A stretch of 64,000 bases of DNA from Rickettsiales bacterium (GCA_965222515.1 CBDCUE010000006.1:1543-65542); one strand, 5' to 3'; positions 33,868 to 44,756 are shown, counted from the stretch's first letter. Notes: a model not told the origin generated them from the sequence alone. Numbers and translations: made by a program.

Positions 33868-34464
33868 ATGTCAAAAATTATATCTTTTTTTTTTATAATC
33901 TTTTTATCTATAAATAATAGTTTCGCACTAGAAGTTTCTTTAGAAAATAAAGTAAAAATTGAGAATTATCTAAATAGTATTAATAATATTTCTGCTGACT
34001 TTATTCAAATAAATAGTGATGGCACAATTAGCTCAGGAAAATTTTTCTTGCAAAAGCCAGGAAGATTTAGATGGGAATATAATGACCAACCACTATTAAT
34101 CATCGCAAACAGAAAATCTCTAATTTATTATGATACTGAATTAGAGCAAGCAAACTATATCCCTATTAAAAATAGTATAGCAGCTTTAATTACTAGAAAA
34201 ACAATTAAATTAGACAAAGATATAAGAATATTACAATATAAAAAAACTAAAAACAGTACAAAAATCACTCTTGAAAAAAGAAAACAAAAAGATATAGGGC
34301 AGTTTAGCTTTATTTTTAAGCATAACCCGTTTGAATTAGATTCAATAGAAATAACAGATAATAATAATCAATTTATTAAAATTGTTTTTAGAAACAAAAA
34401 AATAAATAGCAAGAAAAAATTACCAAGAAAACTTTTTAGAATTATAGATCCAAGGCTAAAATAA
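33868..34464 (+). CDS. lolA: Outer-membrane lipoprotein carrier
   Basis: Signal peptide, ADFIQ, SGKFFLQKPGRFRWEY. Confidence 0.9.
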   Translation: MSKIISFFFIIFLSINNSFALEVSLENKVKIENYLNSINNISADFIQINSDGTISSGKFFLQKPGRFRWEYNDQPLLIIANRKSLIYYDTELEQANYIPIKNSIAALITRKTIKLDKDIRILQYKKTKNSTKITLEKRKQKDIGQFSFIFKHNPFELDSIEITDNNNQFIKIVFRNKKINSKKKLPRKLFRIIDPRLK

Positions 34465-34567
34465 TTTTTTATATTAAAATCAGTTAGGTAATCTCAATTT
34501 CTTTTTTGCAAGCAAAAAAATAAAAATAAATAATAGACAAATAACTTTTATCTATTTACCCTGAGGA

Positions 34568-34614
34568 CCACAACATATGGTGGTTGCTTTCTTAATAGCT
34601 ACCATATATTGTGT
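34568..34614 (+). promoter_or_regulatory. Tandem NrdR boxes
   Basis: CCACAACATATGGTGG (34568-34583) and CTACCATATATTGTGT (34599-34614), 31 bp apart, upstream of nrdA; fit the acaCwAtATaTwGtg consensus. Confidence 0.75.
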
Positions 34615-34645
34615 TTTATAGAAAATTAACAATATACAAGAACTT

Positions 34646-36450
34646 ATGGAAAGCTTAGAATTACCTATTTCAAACTTACAAACAAACAAAGCAAAAAACG
34701 ATAATTTAACTACATTTGGTAAAGCTACTTTGCAAGATAGATATTTGGTTAAAGGAGAAGATTTTCAAGATTTATTTATGAGAGTTGCAAAATATTATAG
34801 CGATAATGAGCAGCATGCAGAAAGAATTTATAATTATATATCTAATTTATGGTTTATGCCTGCTACTCCAGTTTTGAGTAATGGAGGTTTGGATAGAGGT
34901 TTGCCTATTTCTTGTTTTTTAAATGAAGTAAATGATTCTTTGGATGGTATTGTGGAATTGTGGAATGAAAATGTTTCTTTAGCTTCAAAAGGTGGCGGAA
35001 TTGGTAGTTATTGGGGTAATGTTAGATCTATTGGAGAAGTTGTGAAAAAAAATGGAAAAACTTCTGGAATAATACCTTTTATTAAAGTTATGGATTCACA
35101 AACTTTGGCAATTTCTCAAGGGAGCTTGAGAAGAGGTAGTGCTGCTGTTTATATTTCAATAAACCATCCTGAAATTGAAGAATTTATAGAATTAAGAAAG
35201 CCAACAGGAGGAGATTATAATAGAAGAAGTTTAAATTTACATCACGGAGTGGTAATTACTGATGAATTTATGAATGCAGTAGAAAAGGATGATGATTGGC
35301 ATTTGAGAAGTCCAAAAACTAATGAAATTTTATCAACAATGAAGGCAAGAGATCTTTGGGTAAGGTTGCTGGTTGCTAGAGTTGAAACTGGTGAGCCTTA
35401 TTTGTTGTTTATCGATAATGTTAATAAGGCTATTCCTGAGCATCATAAAAAATTAGGTTTAGAGGTAAAAACTTCTAATTTATGTTCTGAAATAACTTTG
35501 CCTACTGGAATTGATCATTTGGGTAAAGAAAGAACGGCTGTTTGTTGCTTGTCATCATTAAATTTGGAACATTATGAAAAATGGAAAGATGATACTAGTT
35601 TTATAGAAGATATAATGAGATTCTTGGATAATGTTTTGGATGATTTTATCAAAAAAGCACCTGATTCAATGGCAAAGGCTAAATATTCAGCAACTAGAGA
35701 AAGAAGTATTGGTTTGGGGGCTATGGGATTACATTCTTTTCTGCAAAACAAAAGGATTCCTTTGGAATCTGCTATGGCAAAAGTATGGAATAAAAAGATC
35801 TTTGAGCATATTTCTAAAACAGCAGAAGAAGTAAATATTAAGTTGGCAGAAGAAAAAGGTTCTTGCCCTGATGCTGCAGAAGTAAAAATGAAAAAAAGAT
35901 TTTCTAACATCACAGCAATTGCTCCAACTGCTAGTATTTCTATTATTTGTGGCAATACATCACCCGGAATTGAACCTTATGCTGCTAATATTTTTACTCA
36001 AAAAACTCTTACAGGATCTTTTTCGGTTAAGAACAAAAATTTAGAAAAACTATTGAATGAAAAAAATAAAAATAATGACAAAATATGGTCATCAATTTCT
36101 AGCAATGAAGGATCTATTCAGCATTTAGATTTTTTGAATGATAATGAAAAAGAAGTTTTAAAACGGCTCAAGAAATTGATCAAAGATGGATTATAGACTT
36201 AGCAGTGGACAGAACTCCATATATCACTCAGGCACAAAGTTTGAATATATTTTTGCCTAGTGATGTTCATAAAAAAGATTTGCATTCATTGCATTTTAAT
36301 GCTTGGAAAAAAGGAGTTAAATCTTTATATTATTGCAGATCAACTTCTATTCAAAGAGCAGAAAAAGTATCATCTTTGGAGCAGAGCAGAATTTTAACAA
36401 ATAATGCTAATAATGACAATAATTATGATGAATGCCTAGCTTGTCAGTAA
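34646..36450 (+). CDS. nrdA: Class Ia ribonucleotide reductase alpha subunit with an apparent 1-nt deletion near 36156-36163 (likely sequencing error)
   Basis: PISCFL, SNLCSEI, IAPTASIS. One extra T converts EVLKRLKKLIK* into EVFKTAQEIDQRWIIDLAVDR, joining the 36205-36450 ORF (QAQSLN, KSLYYCRS, CLACQ). Confidence 0.92.
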
Positions 36451-36474
36451 AATTAAAATAAAAAAGTAAATATT

Positions 36475-37482
36475 ATGATAAAAAAAACAACCTTATTAAA
36501 TGCACAGCCAATTTACAAACCATTCACCTATCCTTGGGCTTATGATGCTTGGCAAACACAGCAAAAAATTCATTGGTTACCAGATGAAGTTCCTCTTGCT
36601 GATGATGTTAGAAACTGGAAATATGATTTAACAGAGTCAGAAAGACATTTACTTACTCAAATTTTTAGATTTTTTACTCAAGCAGATATAGAAGTAAATA
36701 ATTGTTATATGAAGAATTATTCAAGAATTTTTCAACCGACAGAAATACAAATGATGTTAGCGGCATTTTCTAATATGGAGACCATCCATATCGCTGCATA
36801 TTCACATTTGCTAGATACAATCGGAATGCCTGAAACAGAATATAGTGCATTTTTGCAATATGCACAAATGAAGGATAAATATGATTATATGAATAAATTT
36901 GGAGTGGATACTAAGGAAGATATAGCTCTTACTTTGGCAGTTTTTGGAGGTTTTACTGAAGGATTACAATTATTTGCATCTTTTGCTATTTTATTAAATT
37001 TTCCAAGATTCGGAAAAATGAAAGGTATGGGACAAATTGTAACTTGGTCAGTGAGGGATGAGACTTTGCATTGTCAATCAATTATCAAATTATTCAAAAC
37101 ATTTATTAGTGAAAATCCAGAAATATGGAATTCTTCATTAAAAGAAAAAATTTATAATGCTTGTGCAACAATTGTTCATTTAGAAGATGCTTTTATTGAT
37201 CTTTCTTTTGAATTAGGAGATATAGAGGGCTTGACCTCAAGGCAAGTAAAGCAATATATCAGATATATTGCAGATAGAAGGTTATTGCAATTAGGCTTGA
37301 AAGAAATTTATATGACAGAAGAAAATCCATTGCCATGGTTAGATGAAATGTTAAATGGAGTAGAGCATGCAAATTTCTTTGAGAACAGAGTAACAGAATA
37401 TGCCAAAGCTGCCACTGAAGGAGATTGGGATGATGCATTTTCTATGTTTGATAAAAAAGATCCAGCAAAAAAAGTTGCTTAA
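36475..37482 (+). CDS. nrdB: Ribonucleotide reductase beta subunit
   Basis: FFTQADIEV, ETIHIAAYS, EGLQLFASF, RDETLH, NFFENR.TEY. Confidence 0.97.
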   Translation: MIKKTTLLNAQPIYKPFTYPWAYDAWQTQQKIHWLPDEVPLADDVRNWKYDLTESERHLLTQIFRFFTQADIEVNNCYMKNYSRIFQPTEIQMMLAAFSNMETIHIAAYSHLLDTIGMPETEYSAFLQYAQMKDKYDYMNKFGVDTKEDIALTLAVFGGFTEGLQLFASFAILLNFPRFGKMKGMGQIVTWSVRDETLHCQSIIKLFKTFISENPEIWNSSLKEKIYNACATIVHLEDAFIDLSFELGDIEGLTSRQVKQYIRYIADRRLLQLGLKEIYMTEENPLPWLDEMLNGVEHANFFENRVTEYAKAATEGDWDDAFSMFDKKDPAKKVA

Positions 37483-37517
37483 TTTATATTCCTAGAATCT
37501 AAAGTGATAAATATATT

Positions 37518-38300
37518 ATGAATAATTGGACAGAACTTAGTATAGAATATGCAAACCAAAGCTCCTATTTAGATGATTTATTTCAGATTTACCCTACAAT
37601 TCCAGAGGGTATTAGAGATATAGATAAGAACATTTGGAAAAAAGTTGAAACAGAGTTTAGCAACAAAAATAATGATGCATTAATTAGAGAATTAGTAAAA
37701 TTAGATCTTTTTCCTATGAAAGATAGTTACATTGCATATCTAAGACGAGATAAAACAGCAATTACTAGAAACCCAAGAACAGTCAACAGAATTTGCGGAA
37801 GACTTTATGAAATGGGGTTGAACAAAATCTTTGAATATTGCAGTGAGCCAAAAGAAACTAATCGACAAATAGAACCTATGTTTAAAAATTGGTTAAAAAG
37901 AAAATCATTAGGAATAGAACCAGTTAAAATAGAAGATTTTATTGCCAATGATAATGATGCAATTTTATTAGCAAGTGATATGGTAATGATGAATTTTGCA
38001 AAAAAGCATTTAGGTTACAATCATAATAAAGGTTTTGACTTTGTTGCTCGTTTTAATAAAAAATATGTAATTGGAGAAGCAAAATTTCTAACTGATTTTG
38101 GAGGACATCAAAATGCACAATTTAACGATGCCATAAGTACTATTCAAGAAAAAGGGGTGAATGAAATTAAGATTGCAATATTAGATGGTGTGTTTTTTAT
38201 AAAAGGACAAAATAAAATGCACAAGGCATTAAAAGAAACTTACAAGGGTTATAATATTATGAGTGCCCTTGTGCTTCGTGACTTTTTATACCAAATTTAA
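37518..38300 (+). CDS. Type II restriction endonuclease, Tsp45I-like (GTSAC family, from recall)
   Basis: LSIEYANQ.SYLDDLFQIYP, EPKETNRQ, DFVARFNKKYVIGEAKFLTDFGGHQ; adjacent MTase. Confidence 0.68.
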   Translation: MNNWTELSIEYANQSSYLDDLFQIYPTIPEGIRDIDKNIWKKVETEFSNKNNDALIRELVKLDLFPMKDSYIAYLRRDKTAITRNPRTVNRICGRLYEMGLNKIFEYCSEPKETNRQIEPMFKNWLKRKSLGIEPVKIEDFIANDNDAILLASDMVMMNFAKKHLGYNHNKGFDFVARFNKKYVIGEAKFLTDFGGHQNAQFNDAISTIQEKGVNEIKIAILDGVFFIKGQNKMHKALKETYKGYNIMSALVLRDFLYQI

Positions 38301-38301
38301 T

Positions 38302-39366
38302 ATGAACAATTTATTAATCAAATCTGATAATATAAAAGGGTTAAATTACTTATTAAATGAAAAAAATTTAAAAGGTAAAGTAGATTTAATTTATATTGAT
38401 CCACCATTTGCTACAGGAATAAATTTTACAATCACAGAAGAAAGATCTTCTACAGTTAGTAAAGAAAAAAATGGAAATATTGCTTATTCTGATAAACTTA
38501 TAGGTAATGATTTTTTAGAGTTTATTCAGCAACAACTTATTTTGTTAAAAGAATTAATGTCCGAACAAGGGTCTATTTATTTGCATATTGATTATAAAAT
38601 TGGACATTATGTTAAAATTGTAATGGATAAGGTTTTTGGTATTGAAAATTTCAGGAATGATATTACTAGAATCAAATGTAATCCAAAAAATTTTAATCGA
38701 ACTGGATATGGTAATATAAAAGATTTAATTCTTTTTTATTCAAAATCAAAAAAACCTATTTGGAATGAGCCAAGAGAGAAATATACAGAAGAAGACCTTG
38801 AAAAACTTTTTTCTAAAAAAAACAAGCAAGGCAGAAGATATGCAACTGTTCCAATTCATGCCCCAGGGGAGACTGTCAATGGAAAATCAAGTCAAAAATT
38901 TAAAGAAATTTTACCGCCTAAAGGAAGGCATTGGAGAACTGATGTTAATACTTTGACAAAATGGGATGAAGAAGGTTTAATAGAATGGTCTTCTACAGGA
39001 AATCCACGAAAAATAATTTTTGCAGATGAAAGAGAGGGGAAAAGAATGCAAGATATTTGGGAATACAAAGATCCTGCATATCCAATATATCCAACTGAAA
39101 AAAACTCTAATTTACTAGATTTAATTATTAGCACCTCTTCTAACGAAGATAGTATTGTTTTAGATTGTTTTTGTGGATCTGGGACAGCTTTAAAATCCGC
39201 TCAAACAAAGAATAGAAAATGGATTGGTATAGATCAATCAGAATATGCAATTAAGGCTACAAAAGAAAAGCTTACAATGTTTGAATGGAATCTTTTTAGT
39301 AAAAAGGTGATTTATGACTTTATAGAATTACAAGATAACAATATAAACATCGCTATTGCATCGTAA
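38302..39366 (+). CDS. Cognate beta-class N6/N4 DNA methyltransferase
   Basis: LIYIDPPF, YPTEK, LDCFCGSGT; ATG at 38302 follows the REase stop. Confidence 0.9.
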   Translation: MNNLLIKSDNIKGLNYLLNEKNLKGKVDLIYIDPPFATGINFTITEERSSTVSKEKNGNIAYSDKLIGNDFLEFIQQQLILLKELMSEQGSIYLHIDYKIGHYVKIVMDKVFGIENFRNDITRIKCNPKNFNRTGYGNIKDLILFYSKSKKPIWNEPREKYTEEDLEKLFSKKNKQGRRYATVPIHAPGETVNGKSSQKFKEILPPKGRHWRTDVNTLTKWDEEGLIEWSSTGNPRKIIFADEREGKRMQDIWEYKDPAYPIYPTEKNSNLLDLIISTSSNEDSIVLDCFCGSGTALKSAQTKNRKWIGIDQSEYAIKATKEKLTMFEWNLFSKKVIYDFIELQDNNINIAIAS

Positions 39367-39481
39367 ATTTTTGTACGAATTATTGTAATGCTAGAAAAGA
39401 TGTGTTATTATAAGATTTTATCTTTAACTAAAAATAGTATTAGATTGCCATTTACTCATAACAACCTTAACCCCCAAAAAA

Positions 39482-40516
39482 ATGAAAGCATTGGTTAAAA
39501 CTAAAAGAGCGCTTGGATTAGAATTGCAGGATGTGGAGATGCCTATTTGTGCTCCTTGTGATGTTTTAATCAAGGTGCATAAAACTGCAATTTGTGGCAC
39601 TGATCTACATATTTATTTATGGGATGAGTGGGCTCAAAACACGATTAAAACACCAAGAATTATTGGTCATGAATTTTGTGGAGAGATTGTTGAAATGGGA
39701 ATGAATAATCAAGGATATTATAAAATAGGAGATATTGTAACAGCAGAGGGACATATTGTATCTGGTAATAGTAGAAATGTTAGAACTTCAAATCTTCATT
39801 TAGCTAAAGATACTTTGGGCTTAGGTATTCATAGAAATGGTGCATTTGCTGAATATGTTACAGTTCCTGAAACGAATATTTGGCAACCTAGACATAAAAA
39901 TTTTGATAAAAATGTGATTGCTTCGTTTGATCCATTGGGTAATGCGGTGCATACTGCTTTATCTTGGAATTTAGCGGGAGAAGATGTTTTGATAACGGGA
40001 GCAGGGCCAGTAGGTTTGATGGCAATAGCAGTTTGTAAATTTGTAGGAGCTAGAAATGTGGTTATTACTGATATAAATCCATATAGATTAGATATAGCCA
40101 AAAAAATGGGAGCTAGCACGGTTAATTTAAAAACAGATTCTCTTAAGCATGTAAGAAAAGAGCTTAATATTGAAGAAGGTTTTGATATTGGCTTAGAAAT
40201 GTCAGGTGTTCCATCGGCATTAAATAATATTATAGAACATTTGATACCAGGAGGAAAGATTTCTCTTTTAGGATTATTGCCAAGCCATGGAGCAGATATA
40301 GATTTTAATAAAATAATTTTTAAAGGTTTATTGTTAAAAGGTATTTATGGCAGGGAAATGTTTGATACTTGGTATAAAATGGATGCTTTAATTGAAAAAG
40401 GATTAGATATTTATCCAGTTCTTACTGGAAATTACCATTATAGCGATTTTCAAACAGCTTTTGATACCTTGATTTCTGGAAATGCAGGAAAGTTAATTTT
40501 AGATTGGACAGATTAG
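39482..40516 (+). CDS. tdh: L-threonine 3-dehydrogenase
   Basis: ICGTDLHIY.WDEWAQ, GHEF.G, DPLGNAVHTA, GREMFDTWYKM. Confidence 0.94.
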   Translation: MKALVKTKRALGLELQDVEMPICAPCDVLIKVHKTAICGTDLHIYLWDEWAQNTIKTPRIIGHEFCGEIVEMGMNNQGYYKIGDIVTAEGHIVSGNSRNVRTSNLHLAKDTLGLGIHRNGAFAEYVTVPETNIWQPRHKNFDKNVIASFDPLGNAVHTALSWNLAGEDVLITGAGPVGLMAIAVCKFVGARNVVITDINPYRLDIAKKMGASTVNLKTDSLKHVRKELNIEEGFDIGLEMSGVPSALNNIIEHLIPGGKISLLGLLPSHGADIDFNKIIFKGLLLKGIYGREMFDTWYKMDALIEKGLDIYPVLTGNYHYSDFQTAFDTLISGNAGKLILDWTD

Positions 40517-40549
40517 TATATAGTATCAGTTAAAAATCAGTGATTTTCT

Positions 40550-41353
40550 CTACATATAATAAATCACATTTCGTGATAATTTTTTGTGAATGACGGTAGT
40601 TAGAATTGAGACAATGATTAATAAAGAAAAAAGAGCTATGTGGTCAAAATTATTGGGCATTTCTCCGTTGAAAATTATTTTTGTAAAAGGAGTCATTAAA
40701 ATAGAAAAAGGACTATATTTTAATATTGCTCCAAGTAATCCAGTAATAGATCCTTGTGGATAGATAACGGGGGTTAAGAACATCAAGGCAGGCATAGCAG
40801 CATCTATCAAGGTTTTTATGTCTCTTATATAAGGAAAAAGATAGGCGAGGCAGGTTGCCATACCTGCTATAATTAGAAAAAATATGGCAAAATATAAGGG
40901 AAAAAATATCATAGTAAGATGAAATTTTGCTTCAAAGAAAAAACCGATCACTACAAAAATTATTATTAGAGAAATAAAATAAATTCTAACTTGCTTGAAT
41001 ATTTCTACAATTATAAAGGTAGTTTTTGGAATTGGGCAAAGCTTTAAAATATTAGCATTTCCTACTATGGCACTAGGGGCCATAGTGATAATCCCAGCTA
41101 TTAAAATCCATAAAGTAATGTTGGTGGTTAGAAAAAAAGGATAATTGCTGACAGCAGGAAATCTTGAAATTCTAGAAAATACAACTGCATATACGGCAAT
41201 TAAGATGAATGGTTTGATGACCATCCAAATATTTCCTAAATAAGACACTCCATATTCTACTTTATAATGTCTATTTAAAATGGTAAATATTGATTGCCAG
41301 TAATATTTATTAAAAGCAGAGTTTTTTAGAATGTCTATTGAATATTTAATCAT
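40550..41353 (-). CDS. wzm: ABC-2 polysaccharide export permease (Wzm-like)
   Basis: Y..SYLG.IW..IKP, multiple TM segments, RD...L, FLTPVIYP. Confidence 0.85.
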   Translation of the reverse strand: MIKYSIDILKNSAFNKYYWQSIFTILNRHYKVEYGVSYLGNIWMVIKPFILIAVYAVVFSRISRFPAVSNYPFFLTTNITLWILIAGIITMAPSAIVGNANILKLCPIPKTTFIIVEIFKQVRIYFISLIIIFVVIGFFFEAKFHLTMIFFPLYFAIFFLIIAGMATCLAYLFPYIRDIKTLIDAAMPALMFLTPVIYPQGSITGLLGAILKYSPFSILMTPFTKIIFNGEMPNNFDHIALFSLLIIVSILTTVIHKKLSRNVIYYM

Positions 41354-42087
41354 AATTTTAAAATTTTATTTTCATATAATTTTATCATTTTTTTTGTTTC
41401 TCCAAAATCAATGATTTCTCCTTTTTCCATTAAATAGCATTTATCGCATAAGGATTCCATTTCTTTGGTGCTATGAGATACTGAAATGCCAATATCTACA
41501 TCTTGCCATTTTTTAATCATAAACTTTGTAGATTTTTTAATAAATCCTTGATCTCCTGTAGCAAATACTTCATCTAATAATAAAATATCTGTTTCTTGAA
41601 AAACTCCACAAGAAAAAGCAAATCTAGCAGACATACCGCTAGAATAATTCACTAATGGTTTGTCGATATATTCTCCTAATTCACTAAACTCAATGATTTT
41701 TGCTTCTAATTCTTTTGAATATTGATCAAGATTATTTCTAAAAATAAAAGATAATTTTATGTTGTCTCTACCAGTTAAAGTGCTAATAAATTCGGCTCCC
41801 AAGCCAACTAAAGGGGTTATTTTTCCAGTAATATTGACCTGACCTTTGCAATGAGGATAGGTTCCAATTATGGTTTTTAATAAAGAGCTTTTTCCAGAGC
41901 CGTTTTTTCCTAAAATACCAATTCTATCTCCTAATTTTGCTTCAAAATTAATGTCCTTTAGGATTGGAATGGAGTTTGGTTGAATATTTTTATTATTTTT
42001 AAATAAAAGTTTTTCTCTAAGAGAGCCTGCTCTTGCTAAATAATCTATTCCCTGAACATAAACATTTTTTAAAACTATAGAAGACAT
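41350..42087 (-). CDS. wzt: ABC polysaccharide export ATPase (Wzt-like)
   Basis: GKNGSGKSS, LTGRDNI, YSSGMSARFAF, LLDEVFATGD..F. Confidence 0.88.
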   Translation of the reverse strand: MSSIVLKNVYVQGIDYLARAGSLREKLLFKNNKNIQPNSIPILKDINFEAKLGDRIGILGKNGSGKSSLLKTIIGTYPHCKGQVNITGKITPLVGLGAEFISTLTGRDNIKLSFIFRNNLDQYSKELEAKIIEFSELGEYIDKPLVNYSSGMSARFAFSCGVFQETDILLLDEVFATGDQGFIKKSTKFMIKKWQDVDIGISVSHSTKEMESLCDKCYLMEKGEIIDFGETKKMIKLYENKILKL

Positions 42088-42311
42088 TTTTGTTAATGAA
42101 TATTGTTATTATACTAATTTTCTTCTATTATTATAATAAAAAATAAATTTGCAACAATTAACAATTGCGATAAGAAATTTTAATTATCAATGCCTCTATA
42201 GGACTGTTTCATTGTAAGCAAGGTTTAGGGCAGTCTTAATTTAAGGACAAGGTTAAATCGCTCACCTCATGGACCAGAAATTCTAATATGGAAACTTAAT
42301 TTGTTATTTTA

Positions 42312-42587
42312 ACCCCAGTTATGCTTTTTTTTAATAAAAAGCCTTGCAAAAAGTTAGCATAGACATTTTAATATTTTTTTTAACCTAAATAAAAAAAGCT
42401 ATGCTAGTAAGTGATATTGAACTAATAAAACTATATTGTCAAATAGATGATTTTTGTAAATTATTTTTTAAGTACTTCAATCAAAAATTAATATCAGAAA
42501 AGAGTAGTAAATTAAGGAAAGAACGGAAGGACAGGCTTAAATCTAGTGAGAAATGTGTATATTAATATTGTATAATAATAGTAGTTA
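42312..42587 (+). mobile_element. IS982-like 5' remnant
   Basis: ACCC start. ORF from 42401 reads MLVSDIELIKLYCQIDDFCKLF...RLKSSE, then frameshifted MCILILY, resembling the IS982 N-terminus; cut by an IS5 end. Confidence 0.6.
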
Positions 42588-43090
42588 GTCGCACCTAAAT
42601 AATTACATTTTTAGTTAAATTAACAATTATTAAATAATAAAAAGTGTGTTTTTTCTTAAAAAAATACTTTTTATTACAAAAATTACCATTTGGATTTTGG
42701 TAAAAAGATAACTATCTATGCAGTTTAACAGCTTTCTTAAGTTTAAATCCCATAGCAGTTGCTATTGCATTCATATTATCGCCCACTTTCCCTTTAAGAT
42801 AACATCTTGCCCCCCTTGAGTCATCATTTTTAATATGACCTATCACTGGCTCTATCGCATTTCTTCGTTTTTGATATTTCTTTTGCAAAATAGATAATGT
42901 TTTCTTTCTTGTTCTTGCCAAAATAACATTTTTATCTTTTATTCCATGACCTTTATAGCCTTGATCAACATAAACCTCCCTAAAACTCTTGCCACTCAAC
43001 CTTTCTGCTTGTTCCAAATTAGATTTTAATGTATGTCCATCATACGGATTGTTATCAAATGATTTTGCTCCTAAAACAAAATTTGACCTA
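42588..43090 (-). mobile_element. IS5-family 3' fragment (inverted copy of the 61495-62986 element)
   Basis: Near-identical to 62484-62986; end GTCGCACCTAAA; ORF 42712-43017 has VYVDQGY...RRNAIEPVIGHIK; truncated by IS3. Confidence 0.88.
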
Positions 43091-44648
43091 GTATGATGAG
43101 CCCAAAAAGTTGGACAGGATTTGAGAAAAAATAAGGTAGAATATTTTTTGATTTATTGGTTAAAAAAAGATTAAAATAATTTTTAAAAACAAAATTAATA
43201 ATCACAAAAATGTTAAGTAAAAAAATAAGAAAAACCCATAGTAATAGTTTTAAATTTCAAGTGGTATTGAAATATTTAAAAGGTCAAGTTACGGTATCTG
43301 AATTAAGTCAAGAATTTAAGATTAGTAGCTCTTGTATTAATAAATGGGTGAAGCAATTTAAAGAAGGAGGTAAGGAGATATTTAGTTCAAATAATAACAT
43401 TGAATTGTCAAATAAAAGCTTAGAAATTTCAAAACTTCATGAGAAAATAGTAGAGGTAATAATGGAGAGGGATTTTTTAAAAAAAGTATTGGGGGAGTAG
43501 CTATGGAAACAAGAAAAAATTTTATAAATATAGCACACCCCCATTTTTCTATTAACAAACAATGTCAGATATTAGAGGTTGGAAAATCTAGCTATTACTA
43601 TCAACAAAAGCCCCGAATAATTTCATCAGATTTACTTAATGATATAAGAGAAATATGGAGTAAGCATCCATTTTTGGTTATAGAAAAATTTCAGTAATGT
43701 TATAAAGAATTGGTTATGATATAAGCAGCAAACAGGTTAGAGGTTTGATGAATTATATGAGTATTAAAGCCATATACAGCAAGCCAAATACAAGTAAAAG
43801 TGATAAAAATAGTTATAAACATCCATATCTTTTAAAGAATATGGATGTTTATAAATCAAATCAAGTATGGCAAATAGATATAACTTATATAAAAATACCT
43901 AGTAAAGGATTTGTGTATTTAGTTGCATTAATAGATGTTTACAGTAGATATGTGGTATCATGGGATTTATGTATTGGATTGCAGGTGGAGTTTAGTTTAG
44001 ATGTGCTGGAGGTTGCTTTATCTAAAGGTAGAGTGCCAGTTATTATTAATAGTGATCAAGGAGTTCAATATACTTCAAGTGACTGGATTGAAGCTCTTAA
44101 GAAAAATGGTATAAAAATTAGTATGGATGGCAAAGGTAGATGGGCAGATAATATTTATATTGAAAGATTTTGGAGGGCTATAAAATATGAAGAAATTTAT
44201 ATTAACCCTCCTGAAACATTGTCAATATTAAGAAGTAATATAGCAAAATATATGTTGTTTTATAATAATATAAGACCTCATCAATCTTTAAATTATCAAA
44301 CTCCGTCAGCTATTTATTACAGTTAATAATGGAGCTTCGCTCCATAGGTATTTATAAAATAAAAATAAGAAGTTGATATTATTGTAAGGAGGTTTTATAA
44401 TAAGTTTATGGAACAGGCAGAGGTGCCGATGACCATAAATGAAGATAAAAACTAGATGATTTATTTTTATTTTATCTAGTTTTTTAAATGATAAAATTAG
44501 CAATAATTTTATCATTATTTATGTAATTTTATCTCATTATTTGATTTAAAATTACAAAGGTTTTAATGGTTTTTTTTAGGAACAAATTAAAGGCAAATTC
44601 TATCTTAAATTTTTCTAAAACCTGTCCAGTCAAAAGGGCTCACCATAC
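43091..44648 (+). mobile_element. IS3-family element, degraded (orfA 43210-43500; orfB 43503-44326 with frameshift and stop)
   Basis: IRs GTATGATGAGCCCAAAAAGTTGGACAGG / CCTGTCCAGTCAAAAGGGCTCACCATAC; DDE motifs WQIDITYI, NSDQGVQY, DNIYIERFWR; T5 run at 43671-43675 one base short, then an in-frame TAA. Confidence 0.9.
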
Positions 44649-44756
44649 TTGGTATGTTCTTAAATCATCAATTGAATTTATTGCTATAAAATCATTCGCT
44701 AAACTGCTTTGATGAGTTATTATAAATGCTATAAAAATTAAAAATGCTTTTAACAT
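44649..44756 (-). pseudogene. 36-codon 5' stub of a paralogous secreted toxin-like gene, truncated by IS3
   Basis: MLKAFLIFIAFIITHQSSLANDFIAINSIDDLRTYQ aligns with MLKTFIIFITFLINTQLSFGNFIAINSIDTIGLYQ of 45556-46995, with a shared upstream TCTATCAAAATAAGAAAAGATAA motif. Confidence 0.82.

Noticed and set aside
785-39134. Short ORFs antisense to or nested within rplJ, rpoB, rpoC, dnaG, icd, nrdA and others
   Set aside because: They overlap well-supported genes and carry no recognisable motifs.
42198-42240. AGGACTG...CAGTCTT short inverted repeat as another IS end
   Set aside because: Only 7 bp with a mismatch, no associated coding remnant and no second copy.
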